DNA from: Pinctada imbricata
Taxonomy: Eukaryota
Reading direction: 5' to 3'
Assembly (NCBI GenBank): GCA_033119305.1
Contig: VSWD01000007.1
Coordinates: forward strand, 57,858,741-57,922,740
DNA length: 64,000 nucleotides
Part shown: piece by piece, positions 38,250-50,551 of the stretch
How the letters are laid out: every line of letters starts with the position of its first letter
Position numbering within the stretch: the stretch's first letter is position 1
Position numbers and translations under genes: made by a program
The notes under the pieces: model-generated
The model's database searches: none
Told to the model about the DNA's origin: nothing
The model's input: only the letters and a program-made list of their open reading frames with translations

Positions 38250-38560
38250 ATTCATTTGAGGACCCCGAGGCCGACATATTGGAAGCCGTACTACACTCCT
38301 CCCTCCACGACACGTCATTCACCTCCGCTGCCATCTCACTCAGCCAGTCTTGTACGTCTGACACTTCATTCGCCGACACTTCGTCCCTGGACCAGACCAG
38401 CGAATACGACATCTTCCGTCGACTCTGCGAACAACTGGACATCGAGGTAGAGAAGTCAACGAAACGCAAACGCCGACGCAGTGACAGTGATGACGTATGT
38501 AATGACGCCAAACGCCAACGTAGTGCCATCACTGACGACCTGTGCAGCGATGAACATTGA
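38250..38560 (+). CDS. Terminal exon of the same unidentified gene (acidic Ser/Thr-rich, KRKRRR basic cluster, stop TGA)
   Basis: Acceptor ttttcatttcag. Encodes DSFEDPEADILEAVLHSSLHDTSFTSAAISLSQSCTSDTSFADTSSLDQTSEYDIFRRLCEQLDIEVEKSTKRKRRRSDSDDVCNDAKRQRSAITDDLCSDEH*. Confidence 0.5.
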
Positions 38561-39058
38561 TGATCTCCTACTCAGTAGAGGATTATAGACTAGTGATTGT
38601 GATGATGACATCAACTTGAATATAATGTGTCAAAAGACTATCACACTTTGTATCAAATAAGATGAACATTATGAAATCAGTATTTTCATGTATATGTAAT
38701 TTTAGTGCTATGACAGAAGTAAAATCATAAGGAATGAATTATAGATATTTTTTCTCTTTGTCTTAAAAAGGGTTTTTACACATTATGTTGCTCCGAGCGA
38801 GCAATTCTGATTACTTCAAAGTCAATCAAAAGTTCAAGGAAACATTTCTTGTCAAACTTTGGTTACAACAGCAAGGTTATACATTTGAAAGTCATACTTC
38901 CCTAGCCATGCATTCAAAATGTATGTCCAAGGTTTCTTAAATGCAGCTGAAAGGTACTTTCAGGTATTCATAGAAAGATTAAGTATAAAGGAATGACAGA
39001 TTTACATGAATTAGTTATGGTCAAAGGTTGGACAAAAACGGTGCCCGTGGTCGGTTTC

Positions 39059-39066
39059 ACAAAAAA

Positions 39067-39097
<31 letters not shown>

Positions 39098-39150
39098 GAA
39101 CAAAAAAAAAAAAAAACAAACAAACAAAACACACACACAAAAACAAAACA
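39059..39150. repeat. Poly(A)/(CAAAA)n low-complexity tract
   Basis: aaaaaaaaaaacaaaacaaaac... Confidence 0.9.
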
Positions 39151-39554
39151 AAACCACGAAAATTTAAGAAATTTCGCAACTTTCGTCTTTAGATGATTTA
39201 AAAAGTTCTGTTTAGAATGCATTATATTTTCGTTTACTTTATCATGTAACTGAATAGGAATTCAGAAACGAAGCTCCGTAATTTTTTTTTTTTAAATTTA
39301 TTAATGTAGTTTTTCAATGGAATAAAGCGATCAAAATTTCAGAAAATTTTCGTTAAAGTTTTTTTAAACCAGGTCAAACATACAATCAGGCCTGATACAA
39401 TGTCACAGTACATCCATGCATGAAGTTCCTCTTGTGGAAAAAGATCTTGTAACAACTCTATGTATAGCCAATCAGAGACAAACAGACTGAAAAAGTTCAT
39501 CAACATACACACACCAAATGTCCAATTTTAAGGCGATTCAAATCTGAGGATTGT

Positions 39555-40232
39555 TAGGTCCGTGTACTAAACCACAATTCAATTTTCCATTTTGGAAATG
39601 TTAATGAAAAATGGAAAATTGAATCAATATTTCATTTTTCGTTTTCAATTTAGTAAATGAAAAATGGAAAATTGAATCAATTTTCCATTTTTCATTTTAA
39701 AATTTCAAATTGAAAAACGAAAATGGAAAATGGACTCAAATACGCTGTATTAAACCACAATTCAATTTTCCATTGCAAAAGTAAAAAACGAAAATGGAAA
39801 ATTGAACCCATTTTCAATTTTCATTTTGAAAATGAAAAATGAAAATTTGATTCAATTTTTCATTTTTCATTTCAAAAATGAAAATTGAAAATTGAAAATG
39901 GGTTCAATTTTCAATTTTCCTTTTTAATATTTTATTTTCCTAATGAAAAATAGAAAATGGACTGTAATAGGCTGTACTAAACCACAATTCAATTTTCCTT
40001 TTCAAAATCCGTTATGGAAAATGAAAAATTGAGTCAATTTTCAATTTTTAAACTCCGCGCGCTAATGCAAAAATGAAAAATTGAATCCATTTTCAATTTT
40101 TCATTTTTCATTTTCGATTTAACGACACACGACCTGTACACCCCTATCACTATAATCCAGTAGTCCAGCAATTAGCCAATCAGAGCGCTCGTTTCAAACG
40201 TAAACAAAAGTCTCTATCTCTCTCGCTTCGCC
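39555..40232. repeat. Left TIR arm, itself built of ~200-bp subrepeats rich in gaaaatggaaaattgaatcaattttcatttt
   Basis: actaaaccacaattcaattttcc recurs at 39567, 39747 and 39975. Confidence 0.75.
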
Positions 40233-42894
40233 AATAAACAGTTGTAGTTTAATGAAATATTGTTATCTTAGACACATAAATTTTACAGCTCTCTCGTATT
40301 TTTCTAACAAAGCTATATGACAAGACAATGCGATAAGCATATAAAGGATCATGGACTTTAAAGCTTCCTTGTTATCGCCTTATTTCGAGTGAATCTAACA
40401 GAAATATGTTTTTTTTTTGTGGGGGGGGGGGGGGGGGGGGGGGGGCTCCCCGGGAATTAAAAAAATATAGACTAAAATTGTGCAATCTGAAGCATATTTT
40501 CTCCTTATTATCTCGAACATCAGGACCATTTTAGGAATACCAGTTCCAATTAGTAGGGAGAGCCTGGGTTTATCTCGATCTTTTTTTTAAGATTACTTGT
40601 ACTTAAATACTTATTGTTTATTTGTCCCCACAGTTACAGTGTTACATGGACATAAAATTAGAATATTAGTATGATATGGAGTAAAATTTGTTTCCTTCAT
40701 TTTTGTTTGTTAGTTTGTTTTTACATAATTTCCAAGTCCAATGTTTAATAAATGTACATTTCTATGTTTTAAACAAAATTTGAAGACTAAAAAATCCTTC
40801 TATAAGCATAAAAGCGTGAAGGTTCCCGTACCATTTATATGTTTTGTAAATCATTTTACAGGTTTATATGATTGTTAATTTTCCGATAAAATGTAGAAAT
40901 TGAATTGAAAGATATGATAACTAGTTGGAATAAGGACCAATTTTCGGGCATAAAATGAACAGAAACCCCCTGCGCGATGTACATTACAAAACTTTGCAAT
41001 AAATATTGTTTGTACGAACAAATTTAGAACCTAAAAAAATTGGATTTACAACCTCAATAAATTCTCAAATAAGGTATCGATATATGATTGAATACATATA
41101 AAAAATAATTTTTTTCTAATTGGTTAATTCTGCTGAACATTTAGCAATTTCTACTGATGCGTTTGCAGTTTTTTTTTTCGATTGCTGATGTTACCAAAAT
41201 AAAAAGAAAACCTAGGGCGGTTCCCATAGGGGGTGGTACCTATGGGGGGGGTTTCCATTTGCAACCCCCCCCCCCCCCCACCACCACCACCACCACCACT
41301 CACCCCCTAAATCCGTCTATGTACTGTTGAAACTTAAGTGGTTGGATAGATGTTGATTTCTAGCATCTATAGATAGTAGATATCTAATTTTCATTCCGAT
41401 ATTTTGATAACTTCATGGGAAAATAATGATAAAGTTCTCTATCTTCTTACGCCTGCTGAATAGCGCATGCCTCTTATGTCACATGTATTTCAAACATTAA
41501 TATTATTTTCATAGTACAACAATGTAATTATCACCTCTACATGGTATCCACATGATAGATTTCTTGAATGATATTTAGTTTCGTAACAAGTACTATAAGA
41601 GACGTACATATACCATGATATACGTGCCTGGAACTATATTGTATTTGGTTTCTTATATAAATCTATTCTATACATGTATAAATGTATTTTAATCAGTACT
41701 AATCAATATTCTTGCACATGTTGCAGATCAAAATATATGGTAAAAAAAAAGGGGGGGGGGGGGGGGGAGTTGAGCACTTTGCCGGATTTTCACTAAAATA
41801 TTAGTTTACCGTCTATTATACTGATTGATCAGTGTCGGAGCGTAGCTTCGATGTGGACGATTAGCAGGGACCGGCGGGCCTAAATCCTCAAATGGGGGGG
41901 GGGGGGGGGGTTGCATAATTATACACTTTTTGTGGAATGACTCGCAAAGCCCGAGGGGTCTATGTGGGTAGGGTATATAGATGGAAGATGATTTCCCTCC
42001 CAATGGCAAGGAGTTAGGAGTTCGGGGGCCTCCCCGAGAGGATTTTGAAAAAAAAGTCAAGCAAATCTATACCCTCTGTCCCATGAATGCGTCGTGTCAT
42101 GGTTTGGCAAACCTACAAACGGGTAACTTTGGCGAAAAAAAAAATGCAAGTAACATTCTTCAGGGAAAAAATATTTAAACCACAAAAAAACTTTGAAGTC
42201 CGATTAAATTTAAAAATCAAAATATGGGGAATGTAAAAAGATTTTTAAAAATGCCTCGGATTACACCATTTTGTCATAAAAATCCGAAAATTTGGCGTAC
42301 GATTTTAGATTTTTTTTTTTTTTTGGGGGGGGTATATTTGTTCATTTTTTCCAAGATATACAATGATTATTGAATCGATTTATTTTGATTTTGACCATGC
42401 ATAGCACCATTACCTTTAAAATGGGATCGAGAATCGATCATGCTCGCTTAATAGTTCAAAGTTCAAGTTCAAATAATTTATTATAGTGTCACATGTTATA
42501 AAAACATTGTTATGATTACAAATATAAAATTCAAATAAAATATTTATAACATCCAGCCTATAAGACTTATGAGACACTTGTCATTATATACAATAAAATC
42601 ATAAATCACAATTCAAAAAGGTCATTAAAATTTGTGTTAAGTGATATACAAAAATCATTCTGAACACTCTTAAAATTTATCATGTAATACTGTATTTTTC
42701 CTATTTTGACCAGTGACTTTCAAAATCTATAGAGAATTATTTTAAATGTATAACATAAATGAGCAAATGACCTTGACTTTCTGTTGTTTTATGATAAGTT
42801 TGCATTACGCCACACACAATAATTTACATTTCTTTCAAATACATGTATTCAAAAATACAAATGACAACTTATTATCTAAGCAGTATATTTAGCA

Positions 42895-44186
42895 TTAACC
42901 CAAAAATATCTTTCTACGATTAAACATAAGATATAGTGTCTTTGCAACATCATGTTGTAAACTGATATGATTCATCAAAAAACATAATTTATCTTTATCT
43001 GATAAGTGTTCAAAACTTTCATATATATTAATAGCTTTAGAATACAATTCAAATCTAATATCTGAATAAAGATCACATTGAAGCAGAAAGTGTTTTTCAT
43101 CCTCAACTTCATTTTTATCACAAAATTTACATAATCTTTGATCTAACGGGATAATAGGCTTGACATATCTACATGTTTCAATTGCTAATGGAAGTGAGCC
43201 ACTTCTAAAGTTTGCATAAATTTTTCTATATAAACGACTATTTACCAGTTTTACATAAGGGCTTGTACTCAAGAAAGATTTGTATTCTCTAAATGTTCTT
43301 AATTTGTTTCCATTTTCTAAATTCTTATCATTATACAATTGATTATACCACTCTAAACAGTCCTTTTCATAAATAACATCATTAATTAAACCCATTTTCA
43401 ATTTTGTACTCCAGTTTCTGTGAATGATATCCTGGATATTCAAGTCTGCAGCCATTTTTAATACAGTGGAGTCCCATGATCTCTGGAGATTCAATGACGC
43501 TGCATGAATTTTAGTTACATATCTATTATTGCTGAAAGATTGAATTCTCAAGAGAAGCCTGAAAGTTTCCAAAATTTGCTTCGAATGAGTACTAATAAAT
43601 CCCATATCACCTCTAGATGCAGTATTTGATGCATTTTTGCGTAACCCTAAAAAATATCTACACGCCTTATTTTGGACAACACTTATTTCTCTCCATTTAT
43701 TCAAACCCCAGATCAACAAAGGTTCTGTAAAGCTTAGTGAAAACATCATAGGTCATACCACCACAGTATAAGAACTTAGTGTATAATGCTGATAGAGCCC
43801 TACTTGCAGATTTTCTGACTTCTTTCACTGTAAATCTATAATCCAAAAATTCATTTAATGACACACCAAGATATCTATAGCTTGAATCGTAGTCAATATC
43901 CAGATCACCACATTTAAAGGAAAATTTGGATCTTGTTACACGAGATCCCCTAAAATGCAGAATTTTAGTTTTCTCTTTATTTATTGTAAGGCGCCATTTC
44001 TTACACCACATAGCTACAGTATCAAGCATAATTTGCAATTTATTTTCATCTGGTGCAATAAGTGCAATATCATCAGCATATAAAAGTACTGATAAATTAA
44101 GTTCATCATCAATGTCTATTCCAGATAATGTCAGTAACGCTGAGCGTGCAAACAACGTCTACCCCTGCGTTAATCCAATTATCTAA
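42895..44186 (-). mobile_element. 5'-truncated non-LTR (LINE) retrotransposon fragment: RT domain plus the C-terminal part of ORF2
   Basis: ORF 43697..44155 carries the RT motifs LLYADDIALIAPDE (YADD box) and KTKIL. ORF 42895..43749 continues as an ORF2 C-terminal region. It lies inside the IR-bounded unit. Confidence 0.7.
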
Positions 44187-44639
44187 TTAGCAGTGACTAT
44201 GTGTATTATTAAATTTAACTTTTGACTGTCAAACGGAAACAAGTAACTATTCAATTCAATGTCTTTTAAAACGCCATTATCTAAAGCGTGTCCACGTTGC
44301 AGACCCGTTGGACTTCACAGTAAAATCAACAGAAAGTCTGAAATATGGACTAGTTTTTTTTTACTTTCACGGTGTCTTCACTAACATATTTTATGAAGAA
44401 GATATATTTTGTTCTACAGTACTATGGAGTAAACGTGATTACGGGTCGCTCCGCTGATTTTGAGATTTTAAAAAGTTTTAAAATGGTTTCGTAGAGTCTC
44501 AGCACAATACTTTACAATATGTTTGTAAATAAATTGTATGGTGGAGTTGGATGACTATAAGGGGAGGTTGGAGGCAATTAAAACACACACCCATATTTCA
44601 TAATTTTTATTTTGAAAACATATAAACAGGCTGTCTACT

Positions 44640-44760
44640 CTACCTTGATGAAAAAGTAGGAAAAAAGTAGGAGTAGTCAATGAAAAAAAGTAGGAGAAAA
44701 ATAGGAAAAAGTAGGAATTAATAGGGGAAAAGTAGGAAATTTTCCATCACTTTTAGCGAC
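44640..44760. repeat. (GAAAAAGTAGGA)n-type minisatellite, left flank of the direct-repeat pair
   Basis: aaaagtaggagaaaaataggaaaaagtaggaatt... Confidence 0.8.
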
Positions 44761-44920
44761 AATTTTCAGTAAGTATGACACACAAATCACAGTAAGCAAT
44801 GATTGTAGACTGGTAATGTTCATCTTTGAGGAAATCACAGAGAGAAATAAGGAAAGATTGATTTTCATGTAAAATATACAGAATGGGCGAGCGAAGCGAG
44901 CCCGAAATTTTTTATAAGGT

Positions 44921-45597
44921 TGCACTCCACTGTATTGGTCATTGAAAATTGAGCGTTTTGAATGAAAGGCATGCAATAGTTGACGTTATATTAATAATTT
45001 TATATTGCTCATACATTATAAAGCTACATATCAATAAAAAGTACTCTTATTACTGATTACTTCTATTATTCTTGATTTCATCTGAACAAATCCTGTCAGT
45101 CAGACATGCTGCTCAAAGTTATAGCAGTACATTAGAAGATGACATGGAAATGGGGCATGACCCCTCAAAGTGACTCAAATTTGACATCCTTCTCAAATGA
45201 TTTTCTTAATAAACTGTATGTCTATTTGTTGTGTATTTCTTATTCTATAATATGTGCAATTTATTTGAATTTTCACCTGATGCAATTCGAGAAATATGAC
45301 GTCAAAGTTTTCTTACCTAAATACAGCATTCATTTCTTTGCCCAAGGCTAGTCACATGACCTCTTACTTTCACATCCGGTCATGTTATACATATGAGGTA
45401 TACAATGGAAATAATGTGCTTTTCTCAAGACAACAAGCTAGTTCTTTCTTCCAAATATCAAAAATCATAGTTATTTCAATAATAAAGCTCACATAATGAA
45501 GCTGGACCCCAGCTGTCCCCTATTTAAAAAATCATCCCTAGCCAAATTCCAAATGCGACACTGCGGATACTATCTAGTGTAACCTATAGGAGTACAT
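44921..45597. repeat. Direct repeat copy 1 (~675 bp)
   Basis: Near-identical to 46351-47012, which is why ORFs 45139/45296 and 46569/46726 are identical. Confidence 0.85.
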
Positions 45598-46350
45598 TTT
45601 TCTTTATGCGAGAAATTTTTTTTGTCGATATGTGTTTTTAAGGTCTTTCGCATCTTGCGATACCAGATATTTTGTGTTACGCACTATACTTTTGTCGCGA
45701 CACACCGTCAAAGGTCCCATGATACCGTCAGGCCTTAACCCCAATGTTACATTACATGGCCATAATAGGAAATACATATATGATCAATAGGAGCTATTTA
45801 TGATGCTTAAGTACTATAATGGTACATTAAAAGATAGAATAAAGGCTAAATGTCATTCTTAAAAGAATGTTGCAATGGAAACGACAAACTTTTTTGTCGT
45901 AACGACATATATTTGTCGCGTCGAAGCTAATTATATACCATAACGCTTTACCGCGAACAACAGAAATGCCCATGTAAGCTATAATATTTTGAACAGATTT
46001 TGGTTGCTATGGTAACCACATTGTGGTAAATTTAAGTCATTTGAGATACTTTAACATTTTCAGAATATTTTGATACCTCTCATCATAATGTAAACCTCTT
46101 ATCTATATGGCAAAGGTGCATCACATCCACAATGGTGTCACAGACTTAACAGCATTTTTCCTGCATAAATGAGCTAATACTGGAGCAACATCAATTTTCA
46201 TGACAATCAAAAAATTTTTATTTTTGAATTAAACATGTCTATATTTGATTTTTAAGAAACAACAGAGTCAATACCTTTTTATGATATAAATGGTAACCAT
46301 AGCAACCAAATATGAAAATTTGAATTGAGGAGCATATGTGCGTATAAGGT

Positions 46351-47012
46351 TGCACTCCACTGTATTGGTCATTGAAAATTGAGCGTTTTGAATGAAAGGC
46401 ATGCAATAGTTGACGTTATATTAATAATTTTATATTGCTCATACATTATAAAGCTACATATCAATAAAAAGTACTCTTATTACTGATTACTTCTATTATT
46501 CTTGATTTCATCTGAACAAATCCTGTCAGTCAGACATGCTGCTCAAAGTTATAGCAGTACATTAGAAGATGACATGGAAATGGGGCATGACCCCTCAAAG
46601 TGACTCAAATTTGACATCCTTCTCAAATGATTTTCTTAATAAACTGTATGTCTATTTGTTGTGTATTTCTTATTCTATAATATGTGCAATTTATTTGAAT
46701 TTTCACCTGATGCAATTCGAGAAATATGACGTCAAAGTTTTCTTACCTAAATACAGCATTCATTTCTTTGCCCAAGGCTAGTCACATGACCTCTTACTTT
46801 CACATCCGGTCATGTTATACATATGAGGTATACAATGGAAATAATGTGCTTTTCTCAAGACAACAAGCTAGTTCTTTCTTCCAAATATCAAAAATCATAG
46901 TTATTTCAATAATAAAGCTCACATAATGAAGCTGGACCCCAGCTGTCCCCTATTTAAAAAATCATCCCTAGCCAAATTCCAAATGCGACACTGCGGATAC
47001 TATCTAGTGTAA
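46351..47012. repeat. Direct repeat copy 2 (~660 bp)
   Basis: Both copies start aggttgcactccactgtattggtc and end ctgcggatactatctagtgtaacc. Confidence 0.85.
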
Positions 47013-47069
47013 CCAAAACTTTGAATCAGATGTTGATGACAAGTGAAGCAAGTAATTTTTTTACTTTTG

Positions 47070-47190
47070 AGATGAAAAAGTAGGAATAGTAGGAGGTTTT
47101 GAAGAAAAAGTAGGAAAAAATAGGATCAAAATAAAAAAGTAGGAAAAGTAGGAAATAGTAGGAAAAAGTAGGAACAGTAGAAAGCCTGTT
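47070..47190. repeat. (GAAAAAGTAGGA)n-type minisatellite, right flank (same orientation)
   Basis: gaaaaagtaggaatagtaggagg...aaaagtaggaaaagtaggaaatagtaggaaaaagtaggaacagtag. Confidence 0.8.
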
Positions 47191-47262
47191 ATAATAAAAT
47201 GTTATTTCCACAACTACAACTGTTTATTCGGTCTTTTCGAAATACAGAGTTACTTCCCATTT

Positions 47263-47410
47263 GTGCAGGTATCTGACGTCAACGCATTGTGACGTCATCA
47301 AATTCTATGAAAACCAGCATGAAATTCAGGGAAACAGGGTTACATGTATGACGTTTTCAAAGGAATTTAATGACGTCACAATGCTTTTACGTCAGATACC
47401 TGCACAAATC
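47263..47410. repeat. 36-bp near-perfect inverted repeat with a ~68-bp loop, containing four TGACGTCA (CRE-like) palindromes
   Basis: caggtatctgacgtcaacgcattgtgacgtcat ... atgacgtcacaatgcttttacgtcagatacctg. Confidence 0.8.
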
Positions 47411-47446
47411 GAACGTAGGACTGTAAAATCGAAAAGACGGAATTTG

Positions 47447-48130
47447 CGAAGCGAGAGAAAGGGCAAGCTGCCGATAGAGACTTTTGTTTACGTTTGAAAC
47501 GAGCGCTCTGATTGGCTAATCGCTGGACCTCTGGATTATAGAAATAGGGGTGTGCAGGTCGTGTGTCATTAAAACGAGAATGAAAAATGAAAAATTGAAA
47601 ATGGATTCAATTTTTCATTTTTCATTTTTGCATTAGCGCGCGGAGCTTGTGTAAAATGGAAAATTGACTCAATTTTTCATTTTCCATAACGGATTTTGAA
47701 AAGGAAAATTGAATTGTGGTTTAGCACAGCCTATTATTGTCCATTTTCTATTTTTCATTAGGAAAATAAAATATTAAAAAGGAAAATTGAAAATTGAACC
47801 CATTTTCAATTTTCCATTTTCATTTTTAAAATGAAAAATGAAAAATTGAATCAATTTTTCATTTTTCATTTTCAAAATGAAAATTGGTTCAATTTTCCAT
47901 TTTCGTTTTTTACTTTTGCAATGGAAAATTGAATTGTGGTTTAATACAGCGTATTTGAGTCCATTTTCCATTTTCGTTTTTCGATTTGAAATTTTAAAAT
48001 GAAAAATGGAAAATTGATTCAATTTTCCATTTTCTAAATTGAAAACGAAAAATGAAAAATTGATTCAATTTTCCATTTTTCATTAACATTTCCAAAATGG
48101 AAAATTGAATTGTGGTTTAGTACACGGACC
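47447..48130. repeat. Right TIR arm (reverse complement of the left arm)
   Basis: Direct comparison of revcomp(48040-48130) with 39555-39640. The inner end has a 13-bp insertion relative to the left arm. Confidence 0.75.
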
Positions 48131-48930
48131 TTGTTACCCCCCTGCTTGTTTCTAAAATCCTCAAATCTGAGGATTGTTACCCCCCCCCCCCCCTTGGGTG
48201 TTTGTCATAAAAATGTTGGTACCCATGAAAGCCGTTATCACGGGAATGCACATGTTTTAAACGATAAAAAGTCCTATTTATATCACTCACAAATCAAGAG
48301 TAATGCCCAACGTCATTCCTTTACAAAAGAAAGTCAATCACTCAGTTCTAAGTCATAAGGTCAAATATTTTGGTACCAGTTTGAAAGTCTTGTTGCAATG
48401 AATATACTTAGGAAATATGAAAGCCTTTCTAAATTTATGCTGAACGGTTAAAGTTTTTGAAAAGCAACTAAAGACACATTCTAAGGTCAAGATCATAAGG
48501 TAAAAAAATTTAGTACCAACAAAAGTCTTGTCATTGCGAATAAACATGTGAAATATGGAACTTTCACTCACATTTCAAAAGTTATACCCCTGTTAAAGTT
48601 TGCTAGAGTCAAAAGGTCAAAGTCACCCAAATTGAATGATGAAAAGGCATACACATGGGAAATATGAAAGTCCTTTCAATCACAATTCAAAATATAATAT
48701 GTCCAAGGTATAAATTTTTATATTTACATTACTAGTAAATTCCCTATGTTGAACGCCCATTATGAAACTAGAATTATATTCCAATAACTTGGGTTGCTAT
48801 CGTGACGCCACGTGCAAGTTTTGCATGTATGGAGAATTTACCAAAGCGATGATATATTTGACGCTGTTACAGGCAAAATGTGCGATGTTTATGCAAATAA
48901 AAATGACTGATAATTAGGATAAATGTAAAT

Positions 48931-49078
48931 ATAAGTAATGACTGTCTTACTTTTGGTGTTCATGGGTGTATAATTCTGGTTGGACACGTGCAAATTTTCC
49001 GAGAATCGCTTCGCGATTCACGGAATTTGCACGTGACCAACCAGAATTATACACCCATGAACACCAAAAGTAAGACAG
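48931..49078. repeat. Near-perfect ~148-bp palindrome (hairpin / foldback element)
   Basis: taatgactgtcttacttttggtgttcatgggtgtataattctggttggacacgtgcaaatt is mirrored as its reverse complement with one mismatch. The centre ttccgagaatcgcttcgcgattcacggaa is itself palindromic. Confidence 0.85.
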
Positions 49079-50551
49079 TCATTTCTTAAGTAATGGTATG
49101 ATGTACCCACATATTTCAATGTCCATCAGCTCACTTCCATGAAAATGGGGATAAGAATGTTGGTATTCATGGAAAGATTTTGCAACAAATTGAAAGATGA
49201 AAGCCCAGTCACTGTTGAAGAGCGATATCCAAGGTAACAGCTACGAAGCCCATGGACCTCATTACTCATATTGGAGAAAAGACATTAAATGAGAACAGCA
49301 GACTGATAGTTATTATAGATAATCATCATGTACAAAATGACCTTTAATTTCGTCACATGAATATCAGTTATGTCAATGTTTCTCATCATTTGATGCATTG
49401 ATGAACATTGATAAACCTTTGTTTCATGAGTTACAATAAACTCAATTATGAAAGTGTTCAGATATACAGTTTCAGAGATATGGACTGATGTCAGACAGAC
49501 ATGAGGGCAAAAATAAAAGGTTATCATCTCTTGAGGCCAAATCAGATACATGTACAATGTACATACATTGTAACATATGATTGATTGAATTACAGTTATC
49601 TTTATTTCTTTGAGCATCCTAACAAACTGCACTGGTTTTATATAATGAATTCATTATTTCAGACCCTCGAAATTACATGCATACAATCATTCATAGGCAA
49701 TCGTTAAGCATTGTCAAGGTCAAATAAAAGATGTATGATTGCAATTCTACACAGGAATTTTAATTGACTTAATTCAATACACATTTGTTAAGGTTTACAT
49801 ACAGCATAACAATTAAATCTTTCAACAGTATTACACCTAATGATAAAATAGTTGGATGTTAGCGTTGCATTTGTCACTTATGTAGTTCTTACAACAATAA
49901 AGACTTGTCAGAAGACAACATTGCTCGCCGTGTAGGTTTTTGATAGTAAAATGGCATTTTTTAAGAACAGGTTAATTTTTTTTTAAAGAAGGTCAAACTC
50001 AGTGGACATGGTCCAAAATGAAAGGTCTGGTCAAGAGGTATCCACGTGTGAAATATCAAAGTCCTATTATAAGTTATAGCACATGAGATATAGCCCAGTT
50101 TATTTTTTTTTTAAAGTAGGTCAAACTCCAAGGTCAAGGTGTCTAGGTCAAAAGTCATGGTCCCAAATGAAAAGGTCTGGTCATTGGGTATCAACATATG
50201 AAATATGAAATATCAAAACCATTAATAATAACCCCTTATAGTTCATGAAATATAGCCTTGGTTAAATTTTGTCCACGCAACAGACGCCTCTGATCAGGCT
50301 TTGAAAATAGCTCCATGATAAATCATTTTTTTCCCAAATAAGCAGGCCACCCTTTTTTGTAATTTAATTTTAGCATTACCTTCTTGCATAGGAAAGATTC
50401 TATTAACAGTTGGACAAATTTCACATGGTATTAATTTTAATCAAACTGCATGACTATAATGATGTTTTTTTGCAGAGAATTCATTGCTGTCACTTCAAAT
50501 GACATATTGCACATAATAAGCATGTCAATGGCAGATTGTTTCCTTAATGTT

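Larger units (their letters stand above)
39555..48130. mobile_element. 8.6-kb unit bounded by ~680-bp terminal inverted repeats, flanked by TTGTTA direct repeats (candidate large non-autonomous DNA transposon or composite element)
   Basis: The left arm 39555-40232 is the reverse complement of 47447-48130 (>90% identity; termini GGTCCGTGTACTAAACCACAATTC...). TTGTTA sits immediately outside both ends (39549-39554 and 48131-48136). No transposase-like ORF was found inside. Confidence 0.55.

Noticed and set aside
38224-38532. Minus-strand ORF (102 aa) overlapping the terminal exon at 38250-38560
   Set aside because: It is antisense to a better-supported spliced + strand exon. Its Ser/Arg-rich composition is the mirror of the sense codons.
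38968-39222. ORFs on both strands across 38968-39222
   Set aside because: This is a poly(A)/(CAAAA)n low-complexity tract. The peptides are poly-Lys or poly-Phe artefacts.
41806-42178. ORFs 41806-42060 (-) and 41981-42178 (+)
   Set aside because: They span poly-G/poly-C homopolymers (translating as PPPPPP or GGGG) and have no coding character.
45139-46926. Duplicated ORFs 45139-45351 / 46569-46781 and 45296-45496 / 46726-46926 (identical proteins)
   Set aside because: The identity comes from the ~675-bp direct DNA repeat, not from selection. The peptides are low-complexity, and there are no splice or start context signals.
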